A stretch of 64,000 bases of DNA from Macrostomum hystrix (GCA_950097015.1 CATNEN010000001.1:15252001-15316000); one strand, 5' to 3'. Shown: positions 11,772-24,900, counted from the first letter of the stretch. A program made the numbers and translations. Notes: generated by a model not told the origin, from the sequence alone.

Positions 11772-14700
11772 TCAGGACTGTTCAGGGCAGTCGCCGCAAT
11801 CTGTCTGGTCAATTTCAACAGAGAAGTCAACTTCGCCATCGAAATCCGCGTCTTGCACAGCTTCAGAAACTTCCGCAGCGGCAGTCGCTGATCCTCCCAG
11901 ATCCTTATTAACGGCAGATGAGCTTGTCCCGGAGGTCAGGAGTTCGCGCTCCTTGGAGTTGCGCCATTTCATCCGGCGATTTTGAAACCAGATTTTTACC
12001 TGTCAATCAAAAAAATAATGGGAAATACTGTGTCCTTAATTGTTGGACATTCAAACAGACCAGGACGTTGATGCGAGCTATAGTCTATGGTCGAGACTCT
12101 AGATGCGAATCGTTATTGCGAGTGCAACACCTACTTTGACTAGCATAAATTTCTATGGCCAATCCTGCATTGACACATGGTTATTCATTTATCGTAGTTA
12201 AGCAATGCCAAACTTTTACCATAGAGAGTAATTTAGATTTTTCGAGGGCTGAGGAAGTTTTTGCCATAGACGCACTTTTCAGCCATTGAAGAATATCATT
12301 GTCTGAATGGCTCTTGATGTCGCAATCTGGGCCATAGACAGGCACAATCCTGACCGCCTGTGCCATTGCTTATTGATTAGCCACGGCTGCCCGAAGTTTC
12401 CAACATGATGGAATCATCTCAAGTTAAATTAACTCGGAGTTTTCACTGCAGAAATAAATAGACCGCCAGTTGAGAAGCTTATTTCCGAATTATTGGCACT
12501 TCTGACATCGCATCCTTCAATGCTGACTTCTCGTTCAACAAACACAGCGTTCAGTCATCATCGGCCTGTTGATTGAGGTCCTAGAATTCTCATCGCTTCA
12601 ATCAACTGAATTTCTTATTTTCATAATTCAGAACCAATTTTAGGGAATTGTTTGCGCGCCGAAAATTGAACAAAGTTGCTCGAAGCGTTCTCGGTAGCGC
12701 GGAAAGCTAAGATGGGAATTTTCTTGAATTCTGACAGGGAGATGTCAGCTTGACAACCCCTGCCTAGCCTGTTTCATGCTTCATTTAAACACCACATTGG
12801 GAGAATTCTCCCCCCCGTGGGGATCAGGAAAACAGGCTGCATGCCTCGCGGTAAAGCAAACATTTATCCCTTATGGGATTAATTTGCTTGTTGCGGCAAT
12901 AGAGGCACACAAAAAGCAGCCTCACCCTGCATGTTTAGCGGTGTAGATGTGAAAATATTAGCCAGCATATATTGAGTTCTGCTCAATTTCGTCACCATGG
13001 CATTTCAATTGAGAAGCATTCATCAATAGAGGAATTAAATTTTCTTGTTCACACCTTTGCCATTCTACTCGGCCAGCTAATCTCCCCCCACACCTAATAA
13101 GCGAGCAGTTCTCAAGCCGTGAATTATTCACAAATTTGAGCACGGATCAGTTACTGTGCTCATATTGGTTGGCAGTGGAAACCGGACACCTCCACCTCTC
13201 TCTCTTTCTCGAGGCGTCAAACTCAACTTGCCAACAATTCTTTAACGAGGTGTTAAAGGAAAAAATCTTGAATTAAAAAACGGCGTTGCAGTTTTTAAGA
13301 ATTACTAGTTTTTTTGTGAGGCTATTAAATTGTCAATCGATTATTTCTATATTTTTCTGCACCGAAACGTGACACTACCGATTTAGATATGATTCTAAAA
13401 AACCCACAAAAACGATGTGACATTTGATCTGCGCTTGTTTGCGAAATTGTCTAGGTTTCTCAACAGAAATGTTAAGTCGGTTTTTTTCTTAGTCCTGTCC
13501 ATTATGTTAAATGGCTATAATGTTAAGTTTCTTACAATAATCCTCCTAATTCAAAGATATCTCTTTGAGTCACACAGAGATCTGAAACAATCTCACATAG
13601 ATCTCATCAAATCTCACCAAAATCTCATCAAATCTCATCAATCTCGCATAGATCTCATCGAATCCCACATAGATCTCTAGCGAATCTCACCTAGATCTCA
13701 TCAAATCTTACTGGAATCTCATCACATCTTACTGGAATCTCATCAAATCTTACTGGAATCTCATCAAATCTTACTGGAATCTCATCACATCTTACTGGAA
13801 TCTCATCAAATCTTACTGGAATCTCATCAAATCTTACTGGAATCTCATCACATCTTACTGGAATCTCATCAAATCTTACTGGAATCTCATCAAATCTTAC
13901 TGGAATCTCATCAAATCTTACTGGAATCTCATCACATCTTACTGGAATCTCATCATATCTTACTGGAATCTCATCAAATCTATGAAACCTGTGAAATAGT
14001 CTTACCTGAGAATCCTTGAGGCCCAGTTTGTCAGCCAGTTTCTTTCTATCAGGCTTGCTGATGTACTTCTGTCGCTGAAACATTTTCTCCAGGCCTTTGC
14101 GCTGTTGGTCGCTGAACACCGCGCGGCGAAGCATGCCGCGGCGCGGCTTTCCGCGAAATGCGGCCGCCGCCGCCGCCGCCGCCGCCGCAGCCGCCGCCGC
14201 TGCGCCGCATTGCTGTTGAAGCATGGCCATGTGCTGATGATGCTGCTGCTGCTGCTGCTGTTGCTGGATTGTATTAAACGTGGTTGCTACAGGCGTCGTC
14301 GAGAAGTAGCCCTGAGCTGGCGAGTTAAAAGGCGCCCTGATTGATGCTGGCGCTGGGGCTGCACCAACGCCTGCAGCAGGTGGGGTTGGTGCGTTGGTGA
14401 AGCGCAAAATCTCATCGAAATCTCATATAGTTTACTCTGAATCTCATTTAGGTTAACCTGAATCTCATCTAGTTTACTCTGAATCTCATTTAGGTTAACC
14501 TGAATCTCATCTAGCTTAACCTGAGTCTCATCTAGTTTATGCTGAATCTCATCTAGTTTATGCTGAATCTCATCTAGTTTAACCTGAATCTCCTCTAGCT
14601 TAACCTGAGTCTCATCTAGCTTAACCTGAGTCTCATCTAGCTTAACCTGAATCTCATCTAGTTTAACCTGAATCTCATCTAGTTTAACCTGAATCTCATC

Positions 14701-17647
14701 TAGTTTAACCTGAGTCTCATCTAGTTTAACCTGAATCTCATCTAGTTTAACCTGAATCTCATCTAGTTTAACCTGAATCTCATCTAGTTTAACCTGAATC
14801 TCATCTAGTTTAACCTGAATCTCATCTAGTTTAACCTGAATCTCATCTAGTTTAACCTGAATCTCATCTAGTTTAACCTGAATCTCATCTAGTTTAACCT
14901 GAATCTCATCTAGTTTAACCTGAATCTCATCTAGTTTAACCTGAATCTCATAGTCCATTTCAGTCCCTGGCACAATCTAAATTTCAAATTTTCTCCATGG
15001 GAAGTCGGCTTTAAGTTGGTTACGCAATTAACAATGGGTCTAATTTTCACACATGCCCTGTTTCAAAACACCTTCCTGAAGTCTCAATTGCTGTTTCTTG
15101 AGTCGCGTCAGCGGCATATCTTATTTGAAGTTGAATTAACAATTTAGCCAATTCAATAGCCACAGTGCTGTTATAGCTGTGGCTCATTGTTAAACAAGTT
15201 TAACACCATTGTCAAATGCTCATATTAATGACTTCAAAAACCTTTCAACTAAATGAATTTTCTGACCGTTTCCGTCAGTCTTGGCCAATTTGTTAAAACG
15301 ATCAATGCGAATGTTAATTGGCGCGACCTATTGAAATACTGCTGAGTGAATTTGAAATATTTCAATTTCTAATCTCTTTTAAAGACTTGAATCGACCTCA
15401 TTCAATTGAGATTTTTATCGACGAGATTTTGTGAATACAATAATGTGTAAGCTATTCTTTTACTCTGCAGTACAATGTTTTTTAACAATGCAACTAGAAT
15501 AATACCTTTTATAACATTAAATAGCACCTTAATCTCACTGAAATCCAAGAGTCTCAGAAAATCATTGATCCGCATAGTATCTCGTAGAATCTCATAGACT
15601 CTCATAGAATCTCATAGACTCTCAGAAAAATCTCATACACTCTCATATAATCTCATAGACTCTCATAGAATCTCATAGACTCTCATAGAATCTCATAGAC
15701 TCTCATAGAATCTCATAGACTCTCATAGAATCTCATAGACTCTCATAGAATCTCATAGACTCTCATAGAATCTCATAGACTCTCATAGAATCTCATAGAC
15801 TCCCATAGACTCTCATAGAATCTCATAGAATCTCATAGAATCTCATAGAATCTCATAGAATCTCATAGAATCTCATAGACTCTCATAGAATCTCATAGAA
15901 TCTCATAGAATCTCATAGAATCTCATAGAATCTCATAGAATCTCATAGAATCTCATAGAATCTCATAGAATCTCATAGACTCTCATAGAATCTCATAGAA
16001 TCTCATAGACTCTCATAGAATCTCATAGAATCTCATAGAATCTCATAGACTCTCATAGAATCTCATAGAATCTCATAGACTCTCATAGAATCTCATAGAC
16101 TCTCATAGACTCACTCTCATAGAATCTCATAGAATCTCATAGACTCATTTTCATAGACTCTCAGACAAATCTCATAAACTCTCAGACAATCTCATACACT
16201 CTCATAGAATCTCATACACTCTCATAGAATCTCATACACTCTCATAGGCTCTCATTTAATATAGAATCCCACATGACTATTTTGTAATCTCACACAAGTA
16301 TAAGAATCCACTTCATGTTTTGCCATCGGTTTGAAATTGTCCTGCCGGACTCAAAAAAAGACTCGACAAAGACAGACACAGTCTGACTTCAAATTTAATA
16401 ATTGTCAGATTTCTAACTATAAAAAATAACATGACGCAACTACACCACTAGAGACTGTTGCAACTTATCCACTTGCTCAAGTTCAGTTAACTTCATTTCT
16501 GTTAAAATATTCGCCGTGAAAATCTAGTCTTTGTGTTCAATAATTAGTCTTTAGGATCTTACAAATCAAAACTTGGGGAATATTCTAGCAGATTTGAAGT
16601 GTCGGGCCCTGCATGAGGCGACCACTTAAGCAGTCCACTTGTCAGTTAAGAATGACATTGGCAAGGCTAGTTATATGGCGTCCTAAATTTGATTATCTAA
16701 CATTCATAATCGCTCCTATAATACAATAGTATTGTGGGGCCTATGTCCACTTAAGACTTGGTGTTCGAAAATCACTGCACGCTCGTAAATTAATGAATTT
16801 GATACTGATAATTTAAAATTAGATTTGATATGATAATTATATGATTGTAGCTAACTGAATATCATCTGGAATATATTGATCTCGCGTAAACAAAATGATA
16901 AACATAAAAATCCTTACCATGGATGAAGCTTTCGAAGTACATCGCAGCTTCAAGCTGCTGCTGCTGCTGCTGCTGCTGGTTCTGATGCTGCTGGTGCAAG
17001 AACATGAGGTGCCTTATATCGCCAGAGAATATAATTGGCGGCAGCAGAGGCGGTGGTAACGGCTGTTGCGACTGAATCTTTGTTGCAGCTGGAAAATGAT
17101 GCAGGAAATTTAACAAAACGTCTTTCTTAGCTGATGCTGGTACCCAGTTCTGTATTGCATAGTGAAATGTCTCATTTAGAATAGTATTTGCAGGAAGGGC
17201 CAGGGGCAGTGGCACATCATTCGGTGACACTAGACCCGCAGCCAGCGAGGAGGCAATTCTGCCCATTACGCTGACTCCTGACTTTCTCATCGTCAGGCAG
17301 TGTACACTCAAATTAAATCTGGCCTCGCCGCGGAATCGAGCTCAGGGACCTCAATGTCTTGCTTAGGGATTCCAGGGGTTATCGAATGCCGGAGACAAAC
17401 GCTAGACAAAATAAAACAGAACCAGAACTGGCAGCTCACTGCGACTAGTCGAGTCTCCGAGAATGGCTGAAACACCGAACTTCAATTGAACAGGAGCTTC
17501 GGGCGAGTCAGCAACGAAAGATTCTGCTGCTCTGCTCTGGTCGTCCTCGTTGGCTTCTGTAGCTGCTGCTGCTGCTGAATGCTTAGACAACACGAACTGT
17601 CTGAGCATGAGTTCGTCGCTTTGTAGAATAGACTCCATGCCGAACAT
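11772..17647 (-). CDS. Dbx: Dbx (developing brain homeobox) transcription factor, ~323 aa; exons 17647-17440, 17088-16918, 14370-14006, 11999-11772
   Basis: Spliced homeodomain RGKPRRGMLRRAVFSDQQRKGLEKMFQRQKYISKPDRKKLADKLGLKDSQ|VKIWFQNRRMKWRNSKERELL is the Dbx signature. Exon 1 carries LKFGVSAIL (Dbx eh1-type motif). Splice phases 1/1/0 are consistent and the 972-nt total is in frame. Confidence 0.93.
13580..13980. repeat. 21-bp minisatellite (CTCATCAAATCTTACTGGAAT) in Dbx intron 3
   Basis: Tandem array starting ~25 nt inside the donor. Confidence 0.9.
14405..14950. repeat. 21-bp minisatellite (CTGAATCTCATCTAGTTTAAC) in Dbx intron 2
   Basis: Tandem array; source of the DEIQVKL ORF. Confidence 0.92.
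15585..16255. repeat. 10-bp tandem repeat (TCTCATAGAA/C) in Dbx intron 2
   Basis: Direct tandem array. Confidence 0.95.
17180..17352 (-). mobile_element. Internally deleted copy of tRNA-headed SINE in Dbx intron 1
   Basis: Reverse complement matches 63140-63170 (GGTCCCTGAGCTCGATTCCGC.GCGAGGCCA), 63238-63268 and 63330-63400 (CAGAATTGCCTCCTCGCTGGCTGCGGGTCTAGTGTCAC). Confidence 0.8.
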
Positions 17648-17724
17648 TATTTTGGCGAAAAATTAGTTTGAACAACTGGGAAGAGTAATAATTGCAATTT
17701 AGGGATTCGGTGTCGCACAATATC

Positions 17725-17900
17725 TGAGCTGTTATAATATTCCCTAGGAGACCGCTATCAGAGATACAGGCTCGTTTCTCATTGGCTAGAATTTTTGTGC
17801 CCCAGCAAGAGTTTGAGTCCAGTTCTCAGTCACAGTTTGAGCGGACAGTGGGGTTGGGGGGCTTGTCTGTGGAGAGAAGGTTGAATTTCATTGGTTGCGA
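17725..17900 (-). promoter_or_regulatory. Putative Dbx proximal promoter
   Basis: On the - strand: TATTATAA at ~17732-17739 and CCAAT boxes at ~17782 and ~17890, 85-250 bp upstream of the ATG. Confidence 0.4.
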
Positions 17901-18354
17901 CATTTTGGTGTCTGGGGCCAGCCTGAAAACATAGATGGAAAAAAATACTGGTGTGGCGACCTACCCAGTCCATGGACTGGACAACCGCATAGTTGACACT
18001 GTTCATTAATTTATTATAGTCTCAGTAAACTATTTGCTTCCGTAAACTTTTTTTTCTTTAATTATTTTGTTTGCCGTTTACTTTAGTAAATAAATATTAA
18101 CTTTTATCAATTCGATAAGTTAATTGAGAAGAAGTTACTTACATTCTAACTATTTTTCTGAATTAAAAATCTAAAATCTTAAAAGGAAAACACACTGGAC
18201 AGTCAAATAGTCATAATTAGGCATCTAACCTCGTAAGGAAATGAAAAGTCGCAGGATCCTACTAACAGTAGAATCGCGTATTTTTGTAACAACTATTTCG
18301 GGGCTATGAACAATGCGCATGTAAGATTGGCGGTATCTGAGTTCAAGTGTTTTG

Positions 18355-19710
18355 TTAGACAGATTGTGTTAGGCACAGATTGTGTTAGACACAGAATGTG
18401 TTAGGCACAGATTGTGTTAGACACAGTTTGTGTTAGACACAGTTTGTGTTAGGCACAGATTGTGTTAGACACAGATTGTTTTAGACACAGATTGTGTTAG
18501 ACAAAGATTTTGTTAGACACAGATTGTGTTAAGCACAGTTTGTGTTAGGCACAGTTTGTGTTAGGCACAGTTTGTGTTAGACACAGATTGTGTTACACAC
18601 TGTTTGTGTTAGACACTGTTTGTGTTAGACATTGTTTGTGTTAGACACAGATTGTGTTAGACACAGTTTGTGTTAGACAATGTTTGTGTTAGGACAATGT
18701 TTGTGTTAGGCACAGATTGTGTTAGACACAGATTGTTTTAGACACAGATTGTGTTAGACACAGATTGTGTTAGACAAAGATTTTGTTAGACACAGATTGT
18801 GTTAAGCACAGTTTGTGTTAGGCACAGTTTGTGTTAGGCACAGTTTGTGTTAGACACAGATTGTGTTACACACTGTTTGTGTTAGACACTGTTTGTGTTA
18901 GACATTGTTTGTGTTAGACACAGATTGTGTTAGACACAGTTTGTGTTAGACAATGTTTGTGTTAGGACAATGTTTGTGTTAGGCACAGATTGTGTTAGAC
19001 ACAGATTGTTTTAGACACAGATTGTGTTAGACACAGATTGTGTTAGACAAAGATTTTGTTAGACACAGATTGTGTTAGGCACAGTTTGTGTTAGGCACAG
19101 TTTGTGTTAGGCAATGTTTGTGTTAGACACTGTTTGTGTTAGACAATGTTTGTGTTAGACAAAGTTTGTGTTAGACAAAGTTTGTGTTAGACACAGTTTG
19201 TGTTAGACACAGATTGTGTTAGACAATGTTTGTGTTAGACACAGATTGTGTTAGGCACAGATTGTGTTAGACACAGATTGTTTTAGACACAGATTGTGTT
19301 AGACACAGATTGTGTTAGACAAAGATTTTGTTAGACACAGATTGTGTTAGGCACAGTTTGTGTTAGGCACAGTTTGTGTTAGGCAATGTTTGTGTTAGAC
19401 ACTGTTTGTGTTAGACAATGTTTGTGTTAGACAAAGTTTGTGTTAGACAAAGTTTGTGTTAGACACAGTTTGTGTTAGACACAGATTGTGTTAGACAATG
19501 TTTGTGTTAGACACAGATTGTGTTAGACACTGTTTGTGTTAGACACAGATTGTGTTAGACACAGATTGTGTTAGACACAGTTTGTGTTAGACAAAGTTTG
19601 TGTTAGACACAGTTTGTGTTAGACACAGTTTGTGTTAGACACAGATTGTGTTAGACACAGTTTGTGTTAGACACAGATTGTGTTAGACACAGTTTGTGTT
19701 AGGCACAGAT
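18355..19710. repeat. 16-bp minisatellite (TGTGTTAGACACAGAT)
   Basis: Long tandem array with higher-order blocks; inverted counterpart at 23745-24065. Confidence 0.95.
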
Positions 19711-20259
19711 ACTTAAAAACTCATTTTGAAGATATTTTATAAGTTTTCCATTTTAAAGTATTTCAAAGTGCCAGGTTACAAGTCCGGCAAGCATTGAGAC
19801 ACTACAATATTTGTATTTATGTGGCTGATAGAAACTTATTTTGACGCTGTTCGTATCGTTTCAAAAGGCTTTATCAATCAAATTCGCTGAAAAGTGTGCA
19901 GCATTAGCGATTATATTTGTAAATGTGAATAACTAGAAAAATGTTCAGTATTAATGCAAGTAGTGCAATTTATGAATATTTAGGCTTCAGTAAATATAAG
20001 TTAGCAAATGATTTTCTCCGTTGGATCATGAAGTTCAGGCTGTATAGAATTAGTTTTGTTGCGAAGCAGCTTTAATCGGTACACAAGAAGAGGAAAGTCG
20101 AATGAAACAAAGCTTAAATGTACATATCAGTCTAATTTAACGAAAGCTAATAGTTCTTAATTATGTCACAGTCTGTGGTTAAAGAGTTAAAAACGACAGA
20201 AAATTCATTGCTTTGGACTGGGTTGCTCCAGTGCCTGTTCAATTTTCCTTAGTTTTTCT

Positions 20260-21327
20260 TCAAGTTTTCGCATTTTCCTTGGCCATTTCTTCATTTTCTT
20301 GTTCAGCTTTTTTTCTGGCCTCCATTTCCTCGGCCAGGGCCTCAGTTTTATCCAGTTTCATTTGTTTTAGTTTCATTTCCATTTCCGCGAATTTAATCGC
20401 CATTGCTTCTTTTTCTTCTTCAGCTTTTTTTCTCGCATTCCTTTCCTCGGACAGGGCCTCATTTTGGCGCAGCATTTCATCTTCCTGCTCATGAATGGTG
20501 TTCTCCCTCTCAGCGGCTAGTTTCTGCGCTTCAGCGATTGTTTCATAATGCTGAAGAACGGACCGAACTATCTGAAGGAGCTCCTCTGTCAGCCGGACTG
20601 GGCGGCCGTCCATTTTGCCTGCGATGTCTTCGATTGTTTTGCATCCAATGTCGAGCAGTTGCCGAGCTTTTTTATACTTCTCGAACAACAGGTCTAGTCG
20701 ATCAGCTCTCTGGTAAGCCTTATTGTTGCTCCTTACAGAGTCCTGAAAGCTACTTTGCCGAGTGATCAGACCCAAGGTACAGATTCTACCGACCCATTGC
20801 CTAACACTGTTGAGCTGTGCAGCCAACTTGATTCTCTTAGCCTCCCGCATGCATGCATTCTTTCCTTGTTCCTCCGAAAAAGCCTCCTCTCTGACGTTTT
20901 GAGCTACTGCCTCCAGCTCTTTCATGTACCTGACGAAGTTCAATAAGTTTTTTCCATATTCTTCATAAAGGATGATAAAGCTCTGCAACGAGTCCGTCAT
21001 GCTGCTGACCTGTTTCCTATCAAGGGTTCCGTTCTTTAAGGTTTCCTTCAGGCAATTCGTAATCGCCTCATGTTCCTTGCCAATAGTCGCTATCTGCGCG
21101 CCCAATGACTCTGCGTTGACAAGACAGTTCTGAAGTGCTTCTTTAAACTCTCTGAGTGATCGAATGCCGGGGAGGAGCCGATGGTTGATAGATCCGATGC
21201 TCTTGTCAACGGCAGTCAGATTCTCCATCGCTTGCCTGATGTCCCGCTCGAGTTTACTTAGTTGTTCCTTTGCGGAAAATATCTTTCCGAGTTCTTGCAA
21301 ACTTTGTCCCAGCGATTTACTGTCCAT
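20260..21327 (-). CDS. Coiled-coil protein of unknown family (355 aa; probably extends to a stop near 20206 after a 1-nt frameshift)
   Basis: Long non-repetitive ORF with helical E/K/L-rich composition. Acceptor TTTTAG at 21346 is 18 nt upstream of the ATG; a possible upstream donor CAG|GTGAGT lies near 21436. Confidence 0.7.
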   Translation of the reverse strand: MDSKSLGQSLQELGKIFSAKEQLSKLERDIRQAMENLTAVDKSIGSINHRLLPGIRSLREFKEALQNCLVNAESLGAQIATIGKEHEAITNCLKETLKNGTLDRKQVSSMTDSLQSFIILYEEYGKNLLNFVRYMKELEAVAQNVREEAFSEEQGKNACMREAKRIKLAAQLNSVRQWVGRICTLGLITRQSSFQDSVRSNNKAYQRADRLDLLFEKYKKARQLLDIGCKTIEDIAGKMDGRPVRLTEELLQIVRSVLQHYETIAEAQKLAAERENTIHEQEDEMLRQNEALSEERNARKKAEEEKEAMAIKFAEMEMKLKQMKLDKTEALAEEMEARKKAEQENEEMAKENAKT

Positions 21328-22146
21328 TGTCCCACCGTCAATTTTCTAAAAGATAGTGTTTTCGCTTGAATCACGACTTAGCATTAGTAAACAAGAACTT
21401 TACATATGATTTGCTTGAATAATTATTCCCACTCACCTGAAATCGTAATCAAAATTGAAATCTTCGATTATCCGCACGGGCAGGTGGAACGGCTCAATTG
21501 AGAACGTCCCAACAAAATCTACTCTGCAGCCTATAAGCAGACAAGTGCTCTGCCATATTTATCATGCAAAATATTGTTCCTTGTTATTGTGTGAGCGGTA
21601 GCGGTGTACAGTTATGTGCAGTGGCTGAGTACAGCTTTGAATACAGCGGGTATACTCAAGAAAAGCGGAACTTCCCCATCGCTTGAACACATTAAGCTGA
21701 AACTAGTAAAAAACATCTTTGCGTACACAAGCGTACAGTACGACTAACAGAAGTTCCTCCTTAGGCAGAGTACACATCTCTGCACTTTTCCTGTTTACAT
21801 TATCCAGCTCAATCTAGTTCCTTCTCTTCTGTTTACTCTGCTCGCGGAGAGTAAACTGTACCTTCGTCAGCATAACCAGGAGACTAATAGATTTCTCGCG
21901 AGGATAGGCTTTAGCTACAGAGGATAACCTTGAAACGTACTTTGACTAAAGATTTGTGAACAGTGAAAACGCCAAAGAGATTTAACAATAAACCTAACTA
22001 CAAAATCTAGGGAAAAGCTACCTAGAGTAATTACGGAACTCTCAGAAGCAGTGTTAGTAAGGATAAATTTAGGCTATTGTGCATCAGTTTTTCTGTCGAG
22101 TTGCTCAAACTGATGAGGCAAGTCGGAACCCGCCAATCAGCGGAAA

Positions 22147-22945
22147 TCACTGGATCCGAATCTGATGGATCTCGTCCAGTCGTCTCTGCTGCCAGTCGTC
22201 CAGCTCGTTGAAGGTCTCGAAGCTTCGAAGGGCCTCTTGCACATCGGCGTCAGTTGTAGCAGCTGCTAGGGCTCGCACGAAATGGATGTTGTCCGAGCTG
22301 ACGAACGCCGGACACACCCGCCCCAAGTCATCCGCTTTCGGGTTCTCACCAGCAGCCAGCCAGCTCAGACAGGCCTGGAACGCGTGTCTGCGGCCGCTCA
22401 GCAGCTCGTGCTCTACAGCGAGCTTCGTCAGCTCCTTGAACTGAGCCAGCTGCAGCCAGATCGCCCTTGTCGGCCATGACTCTGGCGCGCTCCTCGCGGC
22501 ACTCGGCCTCGTTCGCTGGGCTGCTCTCCGCTCTGTAGAAGTCTGCCGCTTTGGTGTAGTGGTCGATGGCAAGGTCCAGTGCGGTCACCTGAGGTTGATT
22601 GCTAAGAAATTTGCGCTCCCATTTCCACATCTGCAGTTCAGGGCCGACGTTGCGCCAGTCCAGGCTGCCGGGAACTTGGCGATGCAGCACCAGGGCCCGC
22701 TCAGCGGTTCTCTTGTGCATGCTGGCAGCAAAGTTGACGTGCCCGCGCTCAGAATAAATCCTCACCGCTTCCTTCAGCAACAAAATCAATCTCGCGACGC
22801 AGGTCCACCTTCGCGAAACAGTTAGCCGCGTCCTCCAGACACTTGGCGCCATCGAATTCTTCCTTTTTGTGGTGGTACTCCTCAGAAGCTTCAATGAACT
22901 TTTCGCCGGCTGGAGCCCATTGCTTCTCCAGCTTCAGCTTGTTTG
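22147..22945 (-). pseudogene. Divergent intronless alpha-SNAP (NAPA/Sec17)-like copy with two frameshifts
   Basis: Three frames join into a SNAP-like sequence: KLEKQWAPAGEKFIEA...DGAKCLEDAANCFAKVD / LLKEAVRIYSERGHVNFAASMH...AIDHYTKAADFYRAE / ...CPAFVSS...ELDDWQQRRL. This parallels alpha-SNAP MAKNWSAAG, AIEIYTDMGRF, AIAHYEQSADYY, FPAFSDS, RLDQW. Shifts near 22785 and 22445. Confidence 0.72.
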
Positions 22946-23452
22946 CTTCTCCAGCTCCAGCTTGTTCGCTTCTCCAGCTTCAACTTGTTCGCTTCTCCAG
23001 CTCCAGCTTGTTCGCTTCTCCAGCTTCAGCTTGTTCGCTTCTCCAGCTCCAGCTTGTTCGCTTCTCCAGCTCCAGCTTGTTCGCTTCTCCAGCTCCAGCT
23101 TGTTCGCTTCTCCAGCTCCAGCTTGTTCGCTTCTCCAGTTTCAGCTTGTTCGCTTCTCCAGTTTCAGCTTGTTCGCTTCTCCAGCTCCAGCTTGTTCGCT
23201 TCTCCAGTTTCAGCTTGTTTGCTTCTCCAGCTTCAGCTTGTTTGCTTCTCCAGCTTCAGCTTGTTCGCTTCTCCAGCTCCAGCTTGTTCGCCTCTCCAGC
23301 TCCAGCTTGTTCGCTTCTCCAGCTCCAGCTTGTTCGCTTCTCCAGCTTCAGCTTGTTCGCTTCTCCAGCTCCAGCTTGTTCGCTTCTCCAGCTCCAGCTT
23401 GTTCGCTTCTCCAGCTCCAGCTTGTTCGCTTCTCCAGCTTCAGCTTGTTTGC
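22921..23452. repeat. 23-bp minisatellite (AGCTTGTTCGCTTCTCCAGCTCC) fused to the SNAP-like 5' end
   Basis: About 23 tandem copies. Confidence 0.93.
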
Positions 23453-23744
23453 ACAATGTATCATTAGGCTTAATTTCAGTAGATTTTTTCCTGTGTACTA
23501 CTAAAAATGTTTAAACATTTAATTCTAGGATAAATGATTACTTTGCTTTCCGCCCCGAAACAGTAGTCTCTAAGGTTGATGTTGCTTCGTTTTTTGTTTA
23601 GGTCATGACTTATTTAATTGCTGTATTAAGTCTTTGTTTCTGAGCACTGAGCAGTGTTCAACCAAGTTGTTTTTCTATACTTTTAAAAAACTTTTTCTAC
23701 AGCCAGAACTTCATATTCCAACTAACGAAGAGTTTGCAAGCTTC

Positions 23745-24065
23745 AATCTGTGTCTAACACAAACAGTGTCTAACACAATCTGTGTCTAACACAATCTGTG
23801 TCTAACACAATCTGTGTCTAACACAAACAGTGTCTAACACAATCTGTGTCTAACACAAACTGTGTCTAACACAATCTGTGTCTAACACAAACTGTGTCTA
23901 ACATAAACTGTGTCTAACACAATCTGTGTCTAACACAAACTGTGTCTAACATAAACTGTGTCTAACACAAACTGTGTCTAACACAAACTGTGTCTAACAC
24001 AATCTGTGTCTAACACAATCTGTGTCTAAAATAAACTGTGTTTAACACAAACTGTGCCTAACACG
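23745..24065. repeat. 16-bp minisatellite (TGTGTCTAACACAATC), reverse complement of the 18355-19710 unit
   Basis: Direct comparison of units. Confidence 0.93.
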
Positions 24066-24569
24066 GTCTCTGGAATAATCTACTTAAATGTTTCATTAAT
24101 TAAATTTCCGTAGAGAAATTTCTGTTAACGGAAAAAAAGCCTATTATGCTACTATTGATAGTTTGTAGTTGATGGCTTTAGTGGATAGAGTTGGCATGAA
24201 ATAAAATTTGTTCTATTTAAATTAGTAAACTAATTAAAAAATATTTATTAGCTGTAACCAAGTGTTCATAAGAGAATCACGTGCAACAATTACATTACCA
24301 CAATGTTCGGCTGTACAAAAAATAAATAAGTTTAACATCCGATAAATGGTCAGGAAAAAATGTTTTTGTTAGCTGAAGTCAGAAAATGGTTTCTGCTTGG
24401 AGAAGCAGGCTCGGAGGCTTTGAGTACTTTGCTATAAGTACAGGAAATTGTCTCAGTGCGTGCGGAAAATTATTTACAAGGCCTAGCCAAGAGTAAGTGG
24501 CATGCCTTGTTTTGCTTTATATCTACGCTGTCATCGGCTGTACTACATCTCTGTGTTAGCCAGTGCCAA

Positions 24570-24900
24570 ACTCACTCTCTCCCCCCACTCTACCCCTCTC
24601 CCTCTCACTCTCCCTCTCTCCCTTACTCTCCCTCTCTCCCTCTCACTCTCCCTCTCTCCCCCACTCTACCTCTCTCCCCCACTCTACCTCTCTCCCTCTC
24701 ACTCTCCCTCTCTCCCCCACTCTACCTCTCTCCCCCACTCTCCCTCTCACTGTACATCTTCCTCTCTCACTCTCTCTCTCTCGCTGTCCATCTCTCCCCC
24801 TCACTCTACTTCTCTCCATCTCACTCTCCCTCTCTCCCTCTACGTGTCTGTCTCAAACTCTGCCTCTCTTCAGCTCTCTCTGCGTCTCAACCTATCTCTA
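24570..24900. repeat. CT-rich low-complexity repeat
   Basis: CTCACTCTCCCT / CCCCACTCTACCTCT units. Confidence 0.85.

Noticed and set aside
14287-14973. Heptad DEIQVKL ORF resembling a coiled-coil protein
   Set aside because: A 21-bp minisatellite inside Dbx intron 2; the heptad is a by-product of unit length.
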